The translations under genes were made by a program, and so were the position numbers. Below, piece after piece: positions 31,568 to 41,706 of a DNA stretch of 64,000 bases (the stretch's first letter is position 1; every line of letters begins with the position of its first letter). This stretch comes from an uncultured bacterium. Its GTDB lineage: Bacteria > Chloroflexota > UBA5177 > JANWHV01. The notes beneath the pieces were generated by a model. It was given only the letters and a program-made list of their open reading frames with translations. It was not told the origin of the DNA and did no database searches. Where the stretch lies: contig CAWHAE010000008.1 in the NCBI GenBank assembly GCA_963827235.1, forward strand, positions 160,001 through 224,000, given 5' to 3'.

Positions 31568-32441
31568 TCACAAAATACCGGCCAGCGCCTTCTGTGGTGA
31601 GACCATGAGCCGACCGAGCTTCAGATCACCTGCGTCGAGGCCGCAGGCAAGTCCGACGAGCTGCGAGAGATGGAGCACCGGCATCCGTACCGCGCTCTTC
31701 TGCAGCTTCGTCGCTCTGGGTTGGTAGGCGTCGAGCGAGGTGTGGCAGAGCGGGCAAGGAGTAACCATGATGTCCGCTTCCGCTGCTTCCGCCTCTTCCA
31801 GCCGCTTCACCGCCATTTTCGTCGACGTATCCTCGTTCACCGTCAGAATATGGAAACCGCAGCAGCGCGTCTTCCCAGCGTAGTCGACGGGCGTGCCGCC
31901 CAGCGCGCGGATCAGATTGTCAAATGATGTGGGGTTGTCAGGGTCCTCGTATCCAGTGTCTTCGATTGGCCGCAGAAGCTGGCAGCCGTAGTACGAGGCG
32001 ATGCGCAGCCCGGTGAGCGGGCGCACAACCTTCTTGACTCAGCCGCTCGAGCCCGTAGTCTCCGACCAGCACCCAGAGCAGGTTCTTGACCTGGACGTTG
32101 CCGCTGTAGTGGAGACCGCTCTGGGCAAGCACGTCGTTGACACGACTGAGGAGATCAGGGTCGTCGCGGAGCGCGCGCCGATCCTGGCCAAGGTTCTGCT
32201 GGCACGTGCTGCAGATGTTGACGATGTCCATGCCTGCCGCCTCTGCCATGGCAAAGGTGCGTGCATTGAGCGCGATCTGCAGCTCCGGGTTCTCGTCCCG
32301 GATCACCCCGGCGCCGCAGCAGGTGGCGTCGGTCATCTCCCACAGGTCGATACCCAGCACCTTGGCCAGCTTCACAGTGGAGTAATGGAGCTCGGGGCAG
32401 GTACCCTTCGCCACGCAGCCTGTGAAATATGCGTACTTCAT
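31568..32441 (-). CDS. HdrB/SdhE-like CCG-domain subunit, frameshift near 32037
   Basis: YFTGC..CCGAG..ICSTC, then YYGC..CCGF..PCPLC (two CCG domains). Confidence 0.85.
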
Positions 32442-33406
32442 GGACTACTCTTCCCTTCGTGCCAACGGCATCGAAAATGCGGCGCACTTCGTTTCGGATT
32501 GTCGACCTTCTGCAGCATGGGCAGCGGCAGCTTCCCCTTGAGGAGCATCCGCACGCCCTGCGGCGCGTTGCGGATCTGACCAGTGACGTTGGTGATCCCG
32601 GTGAGCTCCATAACCAAGCGGGTCTCGTCAAGGCGTCCGCCGCGCCCGATGCTCTTGGTGAACTCCTGACTGTGTCTGGCGCCAATGTTCTTGGTGATCC
32701 CTGCCTGAATGGACATGCGGCGCAAGTCCGCAATGGCGCTGGCGGGATCGACGTGCTTCGGGCATTCCATGCAGCTATAGGCGTGTGCACAGTCCCAAAG
32801 GCCCAGATCGACCAGCTTCTGGAGACGCTCCTTCCGCTTGCTGTCGCGTGGATCGGTAACGAAGCGATGCGCCTTGGCCAAAGCGGGCGGGCCGGCGAAA
32901 TGGCTGTCGACCTCAGTGACGCTACAGTCGGAGTAGCAGACGGCGCACAGAATACAGTTGAGATCCTTGCGCGAGGGCGACAACTGCGCCGGGCTGACTC
33001 GATACTCTGCGTTCGCGGCCGGCACCTTGGCCGGATCGGGCTGTAGCCAGGGCTCGACGTCTCGAAAGTGCTTCCAGAACGGGGCCATGTCCACGACCAG
33101 GTCCTTGATCACCTTCATGGTGCGCATAGGGGTGATGCGCAGCTCGGTGCGGCCCCGCTTAAGCTCGGCCGCGATTGGCGTCTTGCAGACGAGCTTGGTG
33201 TACCCGTTCACCACCATGGCGCAGGATCCGCAGATTGAGTGCCGGCAAGCCCGCCGATACGCCAGCGAGTCATCGTGGTGGTCCTTGATCGTGTTCAGCC
33301 CGTCCAGGATCGTGGCTTCATCCCACAGGTCCAGCTCGTACCGCTCGAAGTGGGGCGCATCGTCTTTTCCGGGAACATACCGCTGGATCAGGAAAGTCGA
33401 CTTCAT
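32438..33406 (-). CDS. sdhB: Succinate dehydrogenase/fumarate reductase Fe-S subunit
   Basis: CRHSICGSC, CILCAVCYSDC, CAHAYSCMECP. Confidence 0.9.
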   Translation of the reverse strand: MKSTFLIQRYVPGKDDAPHFERYELDLWDEATILDGLNTIKDHHDDSLAYRRACRHSICGSCAMVVNGYTKLVCKTPIAAELKRGRTELRITPMRTMKVIKDLVVDMAPFWKHFRDVEPWLQPDPAKVPAANAEYRVSPAQLSPSRKDLNCILCAVCYSDCSVTEVDSHFAGPPALAKAHRFVTDPRDSKRKERLQKLVDLGLWDCAHAYSCMECPKHVDPASAIADLRRMSIQAGITKNIGARHSQEFTKSIGRGGRLDETRLVMELTGITNVTGQIRNAPQGVRMLLKGKLPLPMLQKVDNPKRSAPHFRCRWHEGKSSP

Positions 33407-35088
33407 TAGTACACCCTCTCCATTGGCTGGAACTTGCCCATGGTGACCGGCGCGTAGCTGATTTGCGGCCCTTCGGGCGAGTAGGTTGCGACCGTATGCT
33501 TGAGCCAGTTCGCGTCGTCGCGATCCTTGTAGTCGGTCCTCGCGTGGGCGCCGCTGCTTTCGGTGCGCGCCAGAGCCCCGGCAGCAATGACCTCGGCAAG
33601 GTCGAGCATCGCTCCCAGCTCCAGCGCTTCGCAGAGTGCGGTATTAAGACCAGCGACGTGTCGGCGATGGTCACTGAGGCGTACCGGTCGCGCAAAGTGC
33701 GGATCTTCCTCAGCCCCTCTGCCATCTGGTCTTGGTACCTGAAGATATGGAAGTGCTCATTCATGGTAGCCTGCATGGCGTCTCGTAGGTCAGCTACCTT
33801 CTCGGTGCCTTGTCCGCTGAAGAGCTCGTCGCGACGCTCCTCCTGCACTCGCACGGCGTCGTCCGGGAAGCTCGAGTAGTCGTGTTCTTTCGCGTGCTTG
33901 GCGGCGCTCGCGCCCGGCGATCTTGCCGAACACCACCGTCTCCAGCAGCGAGTTGCCTCCCAGGCGGTTCGCGCCGTGCACGCTGACGGCCGCGCACTCT
34001 CCCGCGGCGAAGAGGCCCTGTACCGAGGAAGCACAGCGCGTGTCGACGCGAATGCCTCCCATGGTATAGTGAGCGCCCGGGCGGATAGGCACGGGCCCAT
34101 CGACCGGATCGACGCCGGCGAAGTCGGTTGCCAGCTCGCGAATCTGCGGTAGTCGCTCCTGGATTCTGGCCTCGCCAAGGTGTCTCAGGTCGAGAAGAAC
34201 ACAGCCGTTCACGCCGCGGCCTTCCAGTATCTCAGTCCACTCGGCGCGAGACACGACGTCGCGGCTGGCCAGCTCACCCTTCGAGGGAGCGTACTTGAAC
34301 ATGAATCGCTCGCCGTCGGCGTTGAGCAGGTACGCGCCTTCTCCACGCGCGCCTTCTGTGATCAGCACGCCGTTCGCCGCCAGGGTAGTCGGATGGAACT
34401 GTATGAATTCCATGTCCTCTACGGGAACTCCGGCCCTGTAGGCGATTGCTACGCCGTCGCCTGTGCTGATCAGCGAGTTCGTGCTCTTGAAGAACACACG
34501 TCCCGCCCCCCCGGCCGCGAACACGACGGACTTGGCTCGAAAAGCGATGAGCTTACCCGTGGTGATATCCAGGGCCACCACTCCCTTGCACACTCCGTCT
34601 TCCACGATCAGCGAGGTGACGAAGAACTCCTCGTAGACTGTCGCACCGTTCTTGAGCACCTGCTCGTACACGGTCTGGAGAATGACGTGTCCGGTAATGT
34701 CGGCAACAAAGCAGGTTCGTGGGAATCCGGCGCCGCCGAACGGCCGCGTTGCGATGCGCCCGTCCTGCCACCGGCTGAACAGGACACCTTGATGCTCGAG
34801 CTCGTAGATACTCTCGGGCGCGAGACGAGTGAGTATCTCCGCGGCATCCTGATCGGCCAGGTAGTCACTACCCTTCACCGTGTCAAACCAATGGTTCTCC
34901 CAGTTGTCGTCTTTGGCGACGGCCGCATTGATACCGCCTTGAGCGGCGCCTGAGTGGCTGCGCATCGGGTGGACCTTCGAGAGGACTGCCGTGTCCGCCC
35001 CGGCTTCGCGAGCGGCAACCGCGGCACGCATGCCTGCCAAACCGGCGCCGACCACGAGAACCTCATGTTGGATCACAGTGTCGCCCAT
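33406..35088 (-). CDS. sdhA: Succinate dehydrogenase flavoprotein, compensating frameshifts near 33914 and 33647
   Basis: GAGLAG, RSHSGAAQGG, QFHPT, HYTMGG, HGANRLGGNSL, ESSGAHAR. ATG at 35088 with AGGAGG. Confidence 0.92.
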
Positions 35089-35614
35089 GTCGTGGCTGAC
35101 CTCCTGGCTGCAAATGACGCCGTCCTGGCGTCCGATACACATGTCGGTACCACAGTCCAGCCTGGCACGCGCGCCGGATGTGGATCGCGGTGGGTCTGCT
35201 TTGGTGTAGGCTCTTGGCGTCCCGGCGTCAAGTGCGCGTTCGCGGCCGCGCTTCCCTTGGACGCTTCGCCTCTATTTCAGTGTAGGCCGCCGCTGGAAAC
35301 CGCGCTGGTGCGACACAGCAGCGGTCCGTGCGAATTGCGCGACAGAGTGCTTCGGCCCGGCAATCCTGGGTGCCGCGGACGCCTCCGCACGTGCAGGGCA
35401 TAGCCTGCATGGTTCTGAGATAACACACAGCAGCGTTTGAGCGTAGGCGTGTTCCCAGACACGCGTTGCCCGCGCATCCGCTCACCGGTGATGCAAGCCG
35501 GCGCTTGGATGGGCGGGCAGCGATCTGACTCCACGCTCGCGGCAAGCCTATCCCACGGGCTGCTGCCGCTGCGGTAGCCCGGGCACGGTCGTCGAGAGTG
35601 CCCGGGGCGTGATC

Positions 35615-36952
35615 CTACTCATATCGAAGTGCTTGAATCGGGTCCAGGGCCGCCGCTCGGCTGGCGGGATAGCTGCCAAAGAAAAGACCGATGGCCAGCG
35701 AGACTCCAAAGGCAAGAGCCACGGAGTTCGAGCTGATCACCGGTGTCGCGCTGCCGAAGAATCCGGACAGAACTTTCACATCCGAGAGAAGCCACGCGAC
35801 CAGGAAGCTCATGCCGACGCCGATGGCACCACCCGTCGCACTGATCATTATCGACTCGGTCAGAAACTGCATGAGGATATCGATCTTGCGGGCCCCGACG
35901 GCCTTGCGAAGCCCGATCTCGCGGGTTCGCTCCGTCACGGTGACCAACATGATGTTCATGATCCCTATGCCCGCGACCAGGAGTGCACAGGCGGAGACAC
36001 CGGCCAACAGGGTCGTCAGCGTACCGGAGACACTGGAGGCCGTCTGCTGCACAGTCGTCTGGCTAAAGAACGAGAAGTCGTCGGACGCCGAGTACGTCAA
36101 GCGATGCAGGCTCCGCAGCATGCTCTCGACCTCCGCCTCGGCCAGATTGGTGGTACTCTGTTTCGTCGCCTCGATGTTGATCGACGAGAGCGATCCGGTG
36201 CTGCCCGAGGAGTGCGGCAAGATGGTCTGAGCCGTGGTCAGCGGGACGTACACCACGTTGTCCTGGTTGACGCCGCCGCTTCCGCCCTTGGACGCCATTA
36301 CACCCACGATCTCGAAGGTTATGCCGTTGAGTTGCACCGACGAACCCACGGTAGCGGAAGCAGACTCGTTGGGAAACAACGTGCTCAACAGCGTGGCGCC
36401 GATGCATACCACCTGGGATCGACTCACGAGATCGCTGCTGGTAACGAACCGGCCAATGGCAACCTGGGCGTTGCGAACGGTCTCGTACTCAGGCGTAACG
36501 CCGTCGACGGACGTGTACGTGTTTTCGCTGCCTGCCACGATCTGAGCGTTCGTGTCGAACTCGGGGGCAACCAATGCCACGTCCGGCAGGCTGCCCGAGG
36601 AGCCGGCGTTGTCGGCCAACGTCTGCGCATCCGACAGCTTCAGCGTACTCGACGATCCCATGGCGCCGCGGACACCTCCTGAGAACGTAGAGCCGGCCTG
36701 CACCTCCACGAGATTTGTGCCAAGCGAGCTGAGCTGAGAGTTAACCTGGCTCGCCGAGCCGTTGCCGATGCCGACGGCTACGATGACCGAGGCCACGCCG
36801 ATGATCATGCCCAATAGCGTAAGGGCCGTGCGCGCCTTGTTCGTGAGAATCCCCGTCACGGCGACGTTCATCGTCGTGAGGACCTGTGCTAGCACCGCGA
36901 TGGGAGGACGTCCGGACGCCTGCTCTGCCGGATGTAAGGCTTGTGTTGCCAT
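35615..36952 (-). CDS. MacB/YknZ-type ABC permease without fused ATPase
   Basis: LTLLGMIIGVASVI, GIGIMNIMLVTVTERTREIGLRKAVGA, YPASRAAALDPIQALRYE. Confidence 0.93.
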   Translation of the reverse strand: MATQALHPAEQASGRPPIAVLAQVLTTMNVAVTGILTNKARTALTLLGMIIGVASVIVAVGIGNGSASQVNSQLSSLGTNLVEVQAGSTFSGGVRGAMGSSSTLKLSDAQTLADNAGSSGSLPDVALVAPEFDTNAQIVAGSENTYTSVDGVTPEYETVRNAQVAIGRFVTSSDLVSRSQVVCIGATLLSTLFPNESASATVGSSVQLNGITFEIVGVMASKGGSGGVNQDNVVYVPLTTAQTILPHSSGSTGSLSSINIEATKQSTTNLAEAEVESMLRSLHRLTYSASDDFSFFSQTTVQQTASSVSGTLTTLLAGVSACALLVAGIGIMNIMLVTVTERTREIGLRKAVGARKIDILMQFLTESIMISATGGAIGVGMSFLVAWLLSDVKVLSGFFGSATPVISSNSVALAFGVSLAIGLFFGSYPASRAAALDPIQALRYE

Positions 36953-36953
36953 G

Positions 36954-39900
36954 TTATCTACCCGGTCCTCCGCCCATACCGCCCATGCCACCCATGCCCC
37001 CCATACCGCCAATGCCGCCTGAGCTGCTCGACGCACTGGTGGTGCCGGAGGTCGTGGGCACGATGATCCTCTCGTTTTCCTGCAGACCGCTCAGGACCTG
37101 CGTGTAGCTCGTGTCGCTTGTGCCCGTCTGGACCTGCACTTGCGATATCTGGTTCGTGGCGCTCAGAGTTTCCACGAAGCTGCCCGCCGCGTTGGTAGTG
37201 ACGGCCTGCGTGGGTACTTCCAGCACATTGCTGACCTGGGCGGTGACTATCGTCAGATCGGCGGTCATGCCCGCTGTTATGCCCTTCGTGCTGCCGGATA
37301 GCTTGATCTTCACGGGATAGGTCGTCACATTGGATGAGGTGGTCGCCGCGTAGGGTATGCTGCTGACCAGGCCGACGTACGTCGTGGATGGATAGGCGCT
37401 GAAAACCAGTGCTACCGGGTCGCCGATCTGGATACTGGCTATCTCGGCTTCGGGGATGTCAGCTGTCACGTCTATGCCCTGCGTGGTCAGCATCGTGATC
37501 GCCGCGGTGCTGGAGCCGGCGGCCTCGCCATTCACGATGCTGACGGACTCGACCGTACCGTCGCTGGGCGCGTAGATCTTCGTTTCGCTCTCGGCCAGAG
37601 CCTGATCGACCTTCAGCGTCTGCTTCGCCTGGGCGAGACTTGCCTTCAGGATGGCAAGCTCGGTTGCCGTGTAGGGATGGATGACCAGGTCGAGCGCAGC
37701 CTGTGCGCTCTTGACTGCCTCCTCCTGCTGCGCGATATCGTTGGAGGAATTCGGCTGCTTCGCCAGGTCGAGAGCGATCTGAGCGTTGACCACGGAGTCC
37801 TGCGCCTGCTGGATATCGGTCGTGCTTCCGGGGTGCTCGGCGAGAGCCAACGCCTGCTCTTCGGCTACCACGTTGTCACGGGCCTGCTGGATGTCGGTTG
37901 TACTGTTAGGCTGCTTTGCAGCTGCAAGAGCGGACTCAGCGCTGGCAACGGTCAGCTTCTGTTGGGCGATGTCGACCGCCGAGTTCGGCTGCTTTGCCGC
38001 GACCAGCGCAGCCTGAGCGCTCGATACTGCATCCTCTGCCTGGCGAATATCCTGAGCGGAGTATGGTTGCTTCGTTGAAGTCAGTGCTGCCTGCGCGCTC
38101 TTGACCGCCGCCTCCTGCGAGACGATGTCGGTCGCGGAATTGGGTTGCTCGACGGCGACTAGTGCGGCTTTCGCGCTCTGTACTGCCGCTTCCTCCGACG
38201 CGATGTCGGCGGCTGAGTTGGGCTGCTCGGCAGCTGCCAGGGCCGCTTTCGCGCTCTGTACTGCCGCTTCCTCCGACGCGATGTCGGCGGCTGAGTTGGG
38301 CTGCTCGGCAGCTGCCAGGGCCGCTTTCGCGCTCTGTACTGCCGCTTCCTGCGACGCGATGTCGGCAGCGGAGTTGGGTTGCTCGGCCGCGGCCAGACTC
38401 TCCTGGGCGCTCTTGACCGAGTCTGCCTGCGAAGCGATATCGGTCTGCGAGTTGGGCTGTTCCGCCGCCGCGAGCACGGTATTGGCGTTGTTGACCGTGA
38501 CTTCCTGCGAGGCAATCTGAGCCGCCGTGTATGGATGCTCGGCAGCAGTAAGTGCCTCCTGTGCGCTCGTGACCGCCGCCTCCTGGGAGGCGATATCGGT
38601 TGCGGAGTTGGGCTGCTTGGCCGCGACAAGCGCGGCCTCGGCGCTTCGAACGGCGATCTCCTGGGAGGCAATGTCGGATGCCGAGTTTGGCTGTATTGCC
38701 GCGGCCAGCGCCACCTGGGCGCTCTTCACGGTTGCCTCCTGTGAGGCAATGTCCTGCGTTGTATAGGGGTGCTCGGCCGAGTACAGGGATGCCTCAGCCG
38801 TCGCGATGGCATCTTTTGCGGAGGCCAGGTCCGTGGCACTGGCGGGCGCGGTAGCTGTGGTGAGCGCCGCTTCGGCCGATTTCACCGAGTCCTCGGCGGA
38901 TGCGAGAATCGGTTGAGCTAGCCGGCGCCAGCGCCGCGTCTAGCGACGCCTGGGCCGAGATGATGGAATCCTGTGCGGACGCAAGATCCGTGGCAGTGGC
39001 CGAGCCACTCTGAGCCGTGTCGAGCGAGTTCTGAGCCTGAATCACGGCGTCCTGGGCCTTGGCCAGGTCGGTGGAAGTCGGCGAGGGCGACTGGTCCGCG
39101 TTCAGCTTCGCTTGCGCGGCAGCGACCTGCTGCTGAGCGAGAGTTACGGCATTCGCTTCGGGACTATTCAGAGCGGCGAGGGCAGCGGTGGCGCTTGCCA
39201 CACTGGCGTTGTCGTTGGCGATGTTGGCCTCATCGGTGGCCAGATTCTCAAGGTAGGTCGCTTCTTCGCTCGATAGGGTGGTGGAGCTGGTGGTGCTGGA
39301 AGCCACGGGCGCCGTAAGCAGCGAGAGCGCTACCTGGTCTGTCTGCAGCTTGTTCTGAGCGGATAGCAATGTGGCCTTGGCTTGGGCGACAGATGACGCA
39401 GTCGGGTTGGACAGGCTATTGAGTGAGTTCTGAGCCGACGTTAGGCTGGCCTGGTCGGAGTCCAGGGTGGCCGCCGTCGCCGGTGAGTAGAGAGCGGCCA
39501 GGCTCTGCTTTGCGCTGTCGAGGCTTGCCTTTGCCGAGGCGATCGTGGCAGCACTGGAAGGTGCTTGCAAGGCAATCAGCTTCTGTTTGGCGGAGTCAAG
39601 GCTGGCCCGTAGCTGTGCAAGCGTCGTCGCCGATGGAGCCGCCTTGAGGGCGATGAGCTTCTGCTTGGCGGAGTCGAGGCTGGTCTCGGCCTGCGCCACG
39701 GTCTGGGCGCTTGGTGGCGCCTGCAGGGCCTTGAGCTTTTGAATCGCCGAGTCCAGACTGGCCTTCGCCGCGACGAGCGTATTTGCATCCGGAGGCGACT
39801 GCATTTCGTTGAGCTTGATCTGGGCCTGCTGCATTGTGGCCTTGGCCTGAGCGATGGAGCTTGCCGTGCCACCCGTCTTCATAGCAGCGAGCTTAATCTG

Positions 39901-41247
39901 GGCCTGCTCGAGAGAGGCTTTGGCCTGAGCAATGCTGCTCGGCGTGCCGCCGGCCTTCATGGCTGCCAGCTTGATCTGGGCTTGCTTGAGTGTGATCTGG
40001 GCCTGCGCTATGCTCGTGGCAGTTCCGCCTGCCCTCATCGAGGCCAGCGTGATCTCGGCCTGCTGCAATGTGGCCTTAGCCTGAGCGATGCTGGAAGCGG
40101 TGCCGCCGGCCTTCATGGCAGCCAGCTTCAGCTCTGCCTGCTCGAGGCTCAGCTTGGCCTGGGCGATGCTGGAAGCGGTGCCGCCGGCCTTCATGGCAGC
40201 CAGCTTCAGCTCTGCCTGCTCGAGGCTCAGCTTGGCCTGGGCGATGCTGGAAGCGGTGCCGCCGGCCTTCATGGCAGCCAGCTTCAGCTCTGCCTGCTCG
40301 AGGCTCAGCTTGGCCTGGGCGATGCTGGAAGCGGTGCCGCCGGCCTTCATGGCAGCCAGCTTCAGCTCTGCCTGCTCGAGGCTCAGCTTGGCCTGGGTGA
40401 TGCTGGAGGCCGTGCCGCCCTTCTTCATGGCAGCCAGCTTCAGCTGAGCCTGCAGAAGCGAGGCTTTCGCCTGGGCGACGCTCGCGGCCGTGCCGCCTGC
40501 TTTTTCGGTCGCAAGCTTTGACTTGGCCTCGTCGAGAGCTTGCTGCGCCTGCGCAATGCTGGCCGCGGTCCCACCGGCCTCCATCGAAGCGAGCTTGGCC
40601 TGCGCGGCGGCAAGCGTGTTGGCGGCCTGGGCAATCGACGACGCGGTGCCGCCCTGCTCGAGCGCTGCCAGTTTCTGCTGTGCGGTATCGAGATTCAGCT
40701 GGGCCGTCTCGATGGAGGAAGCGGTGCCGTTTTGCAAAGCGGCCAGCTTCGATTTCGCCGAGTCGAGGCTGGCCACCGCTTCGGCGATGCTCGCCGCGGT
40801 CCCGCCCGCCTTCAACGCAGCAAGCTTGAGCTGTGCCTGCCGCAAGCTTGACTGCGCCTGCGTCAGCGAGTCAGGGTTGACGGGTGCGAGCTCCTTGTCC
40901 AGGTTGAGCTGGGCAGTGGTGACGGCATTCTGGTCACTCATCAGTGACAGCGAGAGCGACTGATCGCTGAGCGTAGCCAGTACCTGGTTCTTCTTCACCT
41001 TCTGCCCGGCGGTCGCGAGCACGCTTGCCACGGTGCCCGACGCCCCGAAAGTGAGCGAGTAAGAGGTGACATCCTCTGATGTTCCCGAGGGCGTTATGGA
41101 GGACGTGATCGTGCCGCGGGAGACCAGCATGACCCGTCCATCGATGCGCTGTGGCGTGCTGATTCCCGGTAGCGAGAAAGCGGCGGTCACACTGCCGCTG
41201 GTGACGAGAGCCGCGAGAAGAGCGAATCGAGCCGTGGTTCCTTTCAT
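36954..41247 (-). CDS. Giant MacA/YknX-type adaptor (membrane fusion protein), ~1430 aa, frameshift near 38907
   Basis: N-terminal anchor, lipoyl half SGTVASVLATAGQKVKKNQVLATL, ~40 26-aa helical repeats, second half IYAPSDGTV, beta-barrel (IPEAEIASIQIG, AGMTA), VPTQAV..TGTSD..LSGL. Removing one base joins the two ORFs. Confidence 0.88.
38167..38400. repeat. 78-bp tandem repeat x3 (descending arm QPNSAADIASEEAAVQSAKAALAAAE)
   Basis: Copies start at 38167, 38245 and 38323. Confidence 0.9.
40085..40396. repeat. 78-bp tandem repeat x4 (ascending arm AGGTASSIAQAKLSLEQAELKLAAMK)
   Basis: Copies start at 40085, 40163, 40241 and 40319, with a degenerate copy from 40397. Confidence 0.92.
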
Positions 41248-41504
41248 GGTCGCACCTCCGGACCTAAACGCGACAAAGCATGGCTACCCTGCCTGCGTGG
41301 CGCCACGCGTCGCCGACGCAAGAACTTTGGTGAGCACATGTTGGCTTGGCGGGACATAGGCGTGCCTCTACGGGGCAAAGACATCGTGGGCATAAGTAGC
41401 ATGGGCGATTCAGTGTCTCGAGGCGCTCGGCCGTTGCGACTGTCGGAGTGAATACGGCGCACGGACCGAGAGCACTCAGCGGCCATACCTGTATCTCTTC
41501 GGCA

Positions 41505-41580
41505 ATAGTAATAAGGGCGCGTAAGATGGCCCTAAGCGGTGGCTAAGAAATCCCTGAGCATTGACCAAGAGTTTGCCAAG
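41505..41580 (-). promoter_or_regulatory. 11-bp-periodic CTTAG-like repeat array plus TACTAT -10, upstream of the adaptor-permease operon
   Basis: Pentamers at 41576, 41565, 41554, 41543, 41532, 41521 read CTTGG, CTTGG, CTCAG, CTTAG, CTTAG, CTTAC on the minus strand. TACTAT at 41510-41505. Confidence 0.7.
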
Positions 41581-41609
41581 AAGAATGATTTGTGATGAGG
41601 CACGGAAGG

Positions 41610-41641
41610 GCCGGGGATGCGCCGGCAAACGCATCCCCGGC
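41610..41641 (-). terminator. Stem-loop downstream of the Ser/Thr-rich gene
   Basis: GCCGGGGATGCG...CGCATCCCCGGC 12-bp stem. Confidence 0.55.
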
Positions 41642-41706
41642 AGGAGTTGTGGACGAAGCCGCGCACTGGCGGGTGGCCCCGGTCCACGTGGGCGCCGGCG
41701 CCTGAG

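Noticed and set aside
38167-40445. 78-bp tandem repeats as a CRISPR array
   Set aside because: No unique spacers, the period is a multiple of 3, the repeats are in frame within a CDS, and there are no cas genes.
41244-41486. 80-aa ORF overlapping the adaptor start as a leader peptide
   Set aside because: Weak RBS, no recognisable motif, composition typical of a spurious GC-rich ORF.
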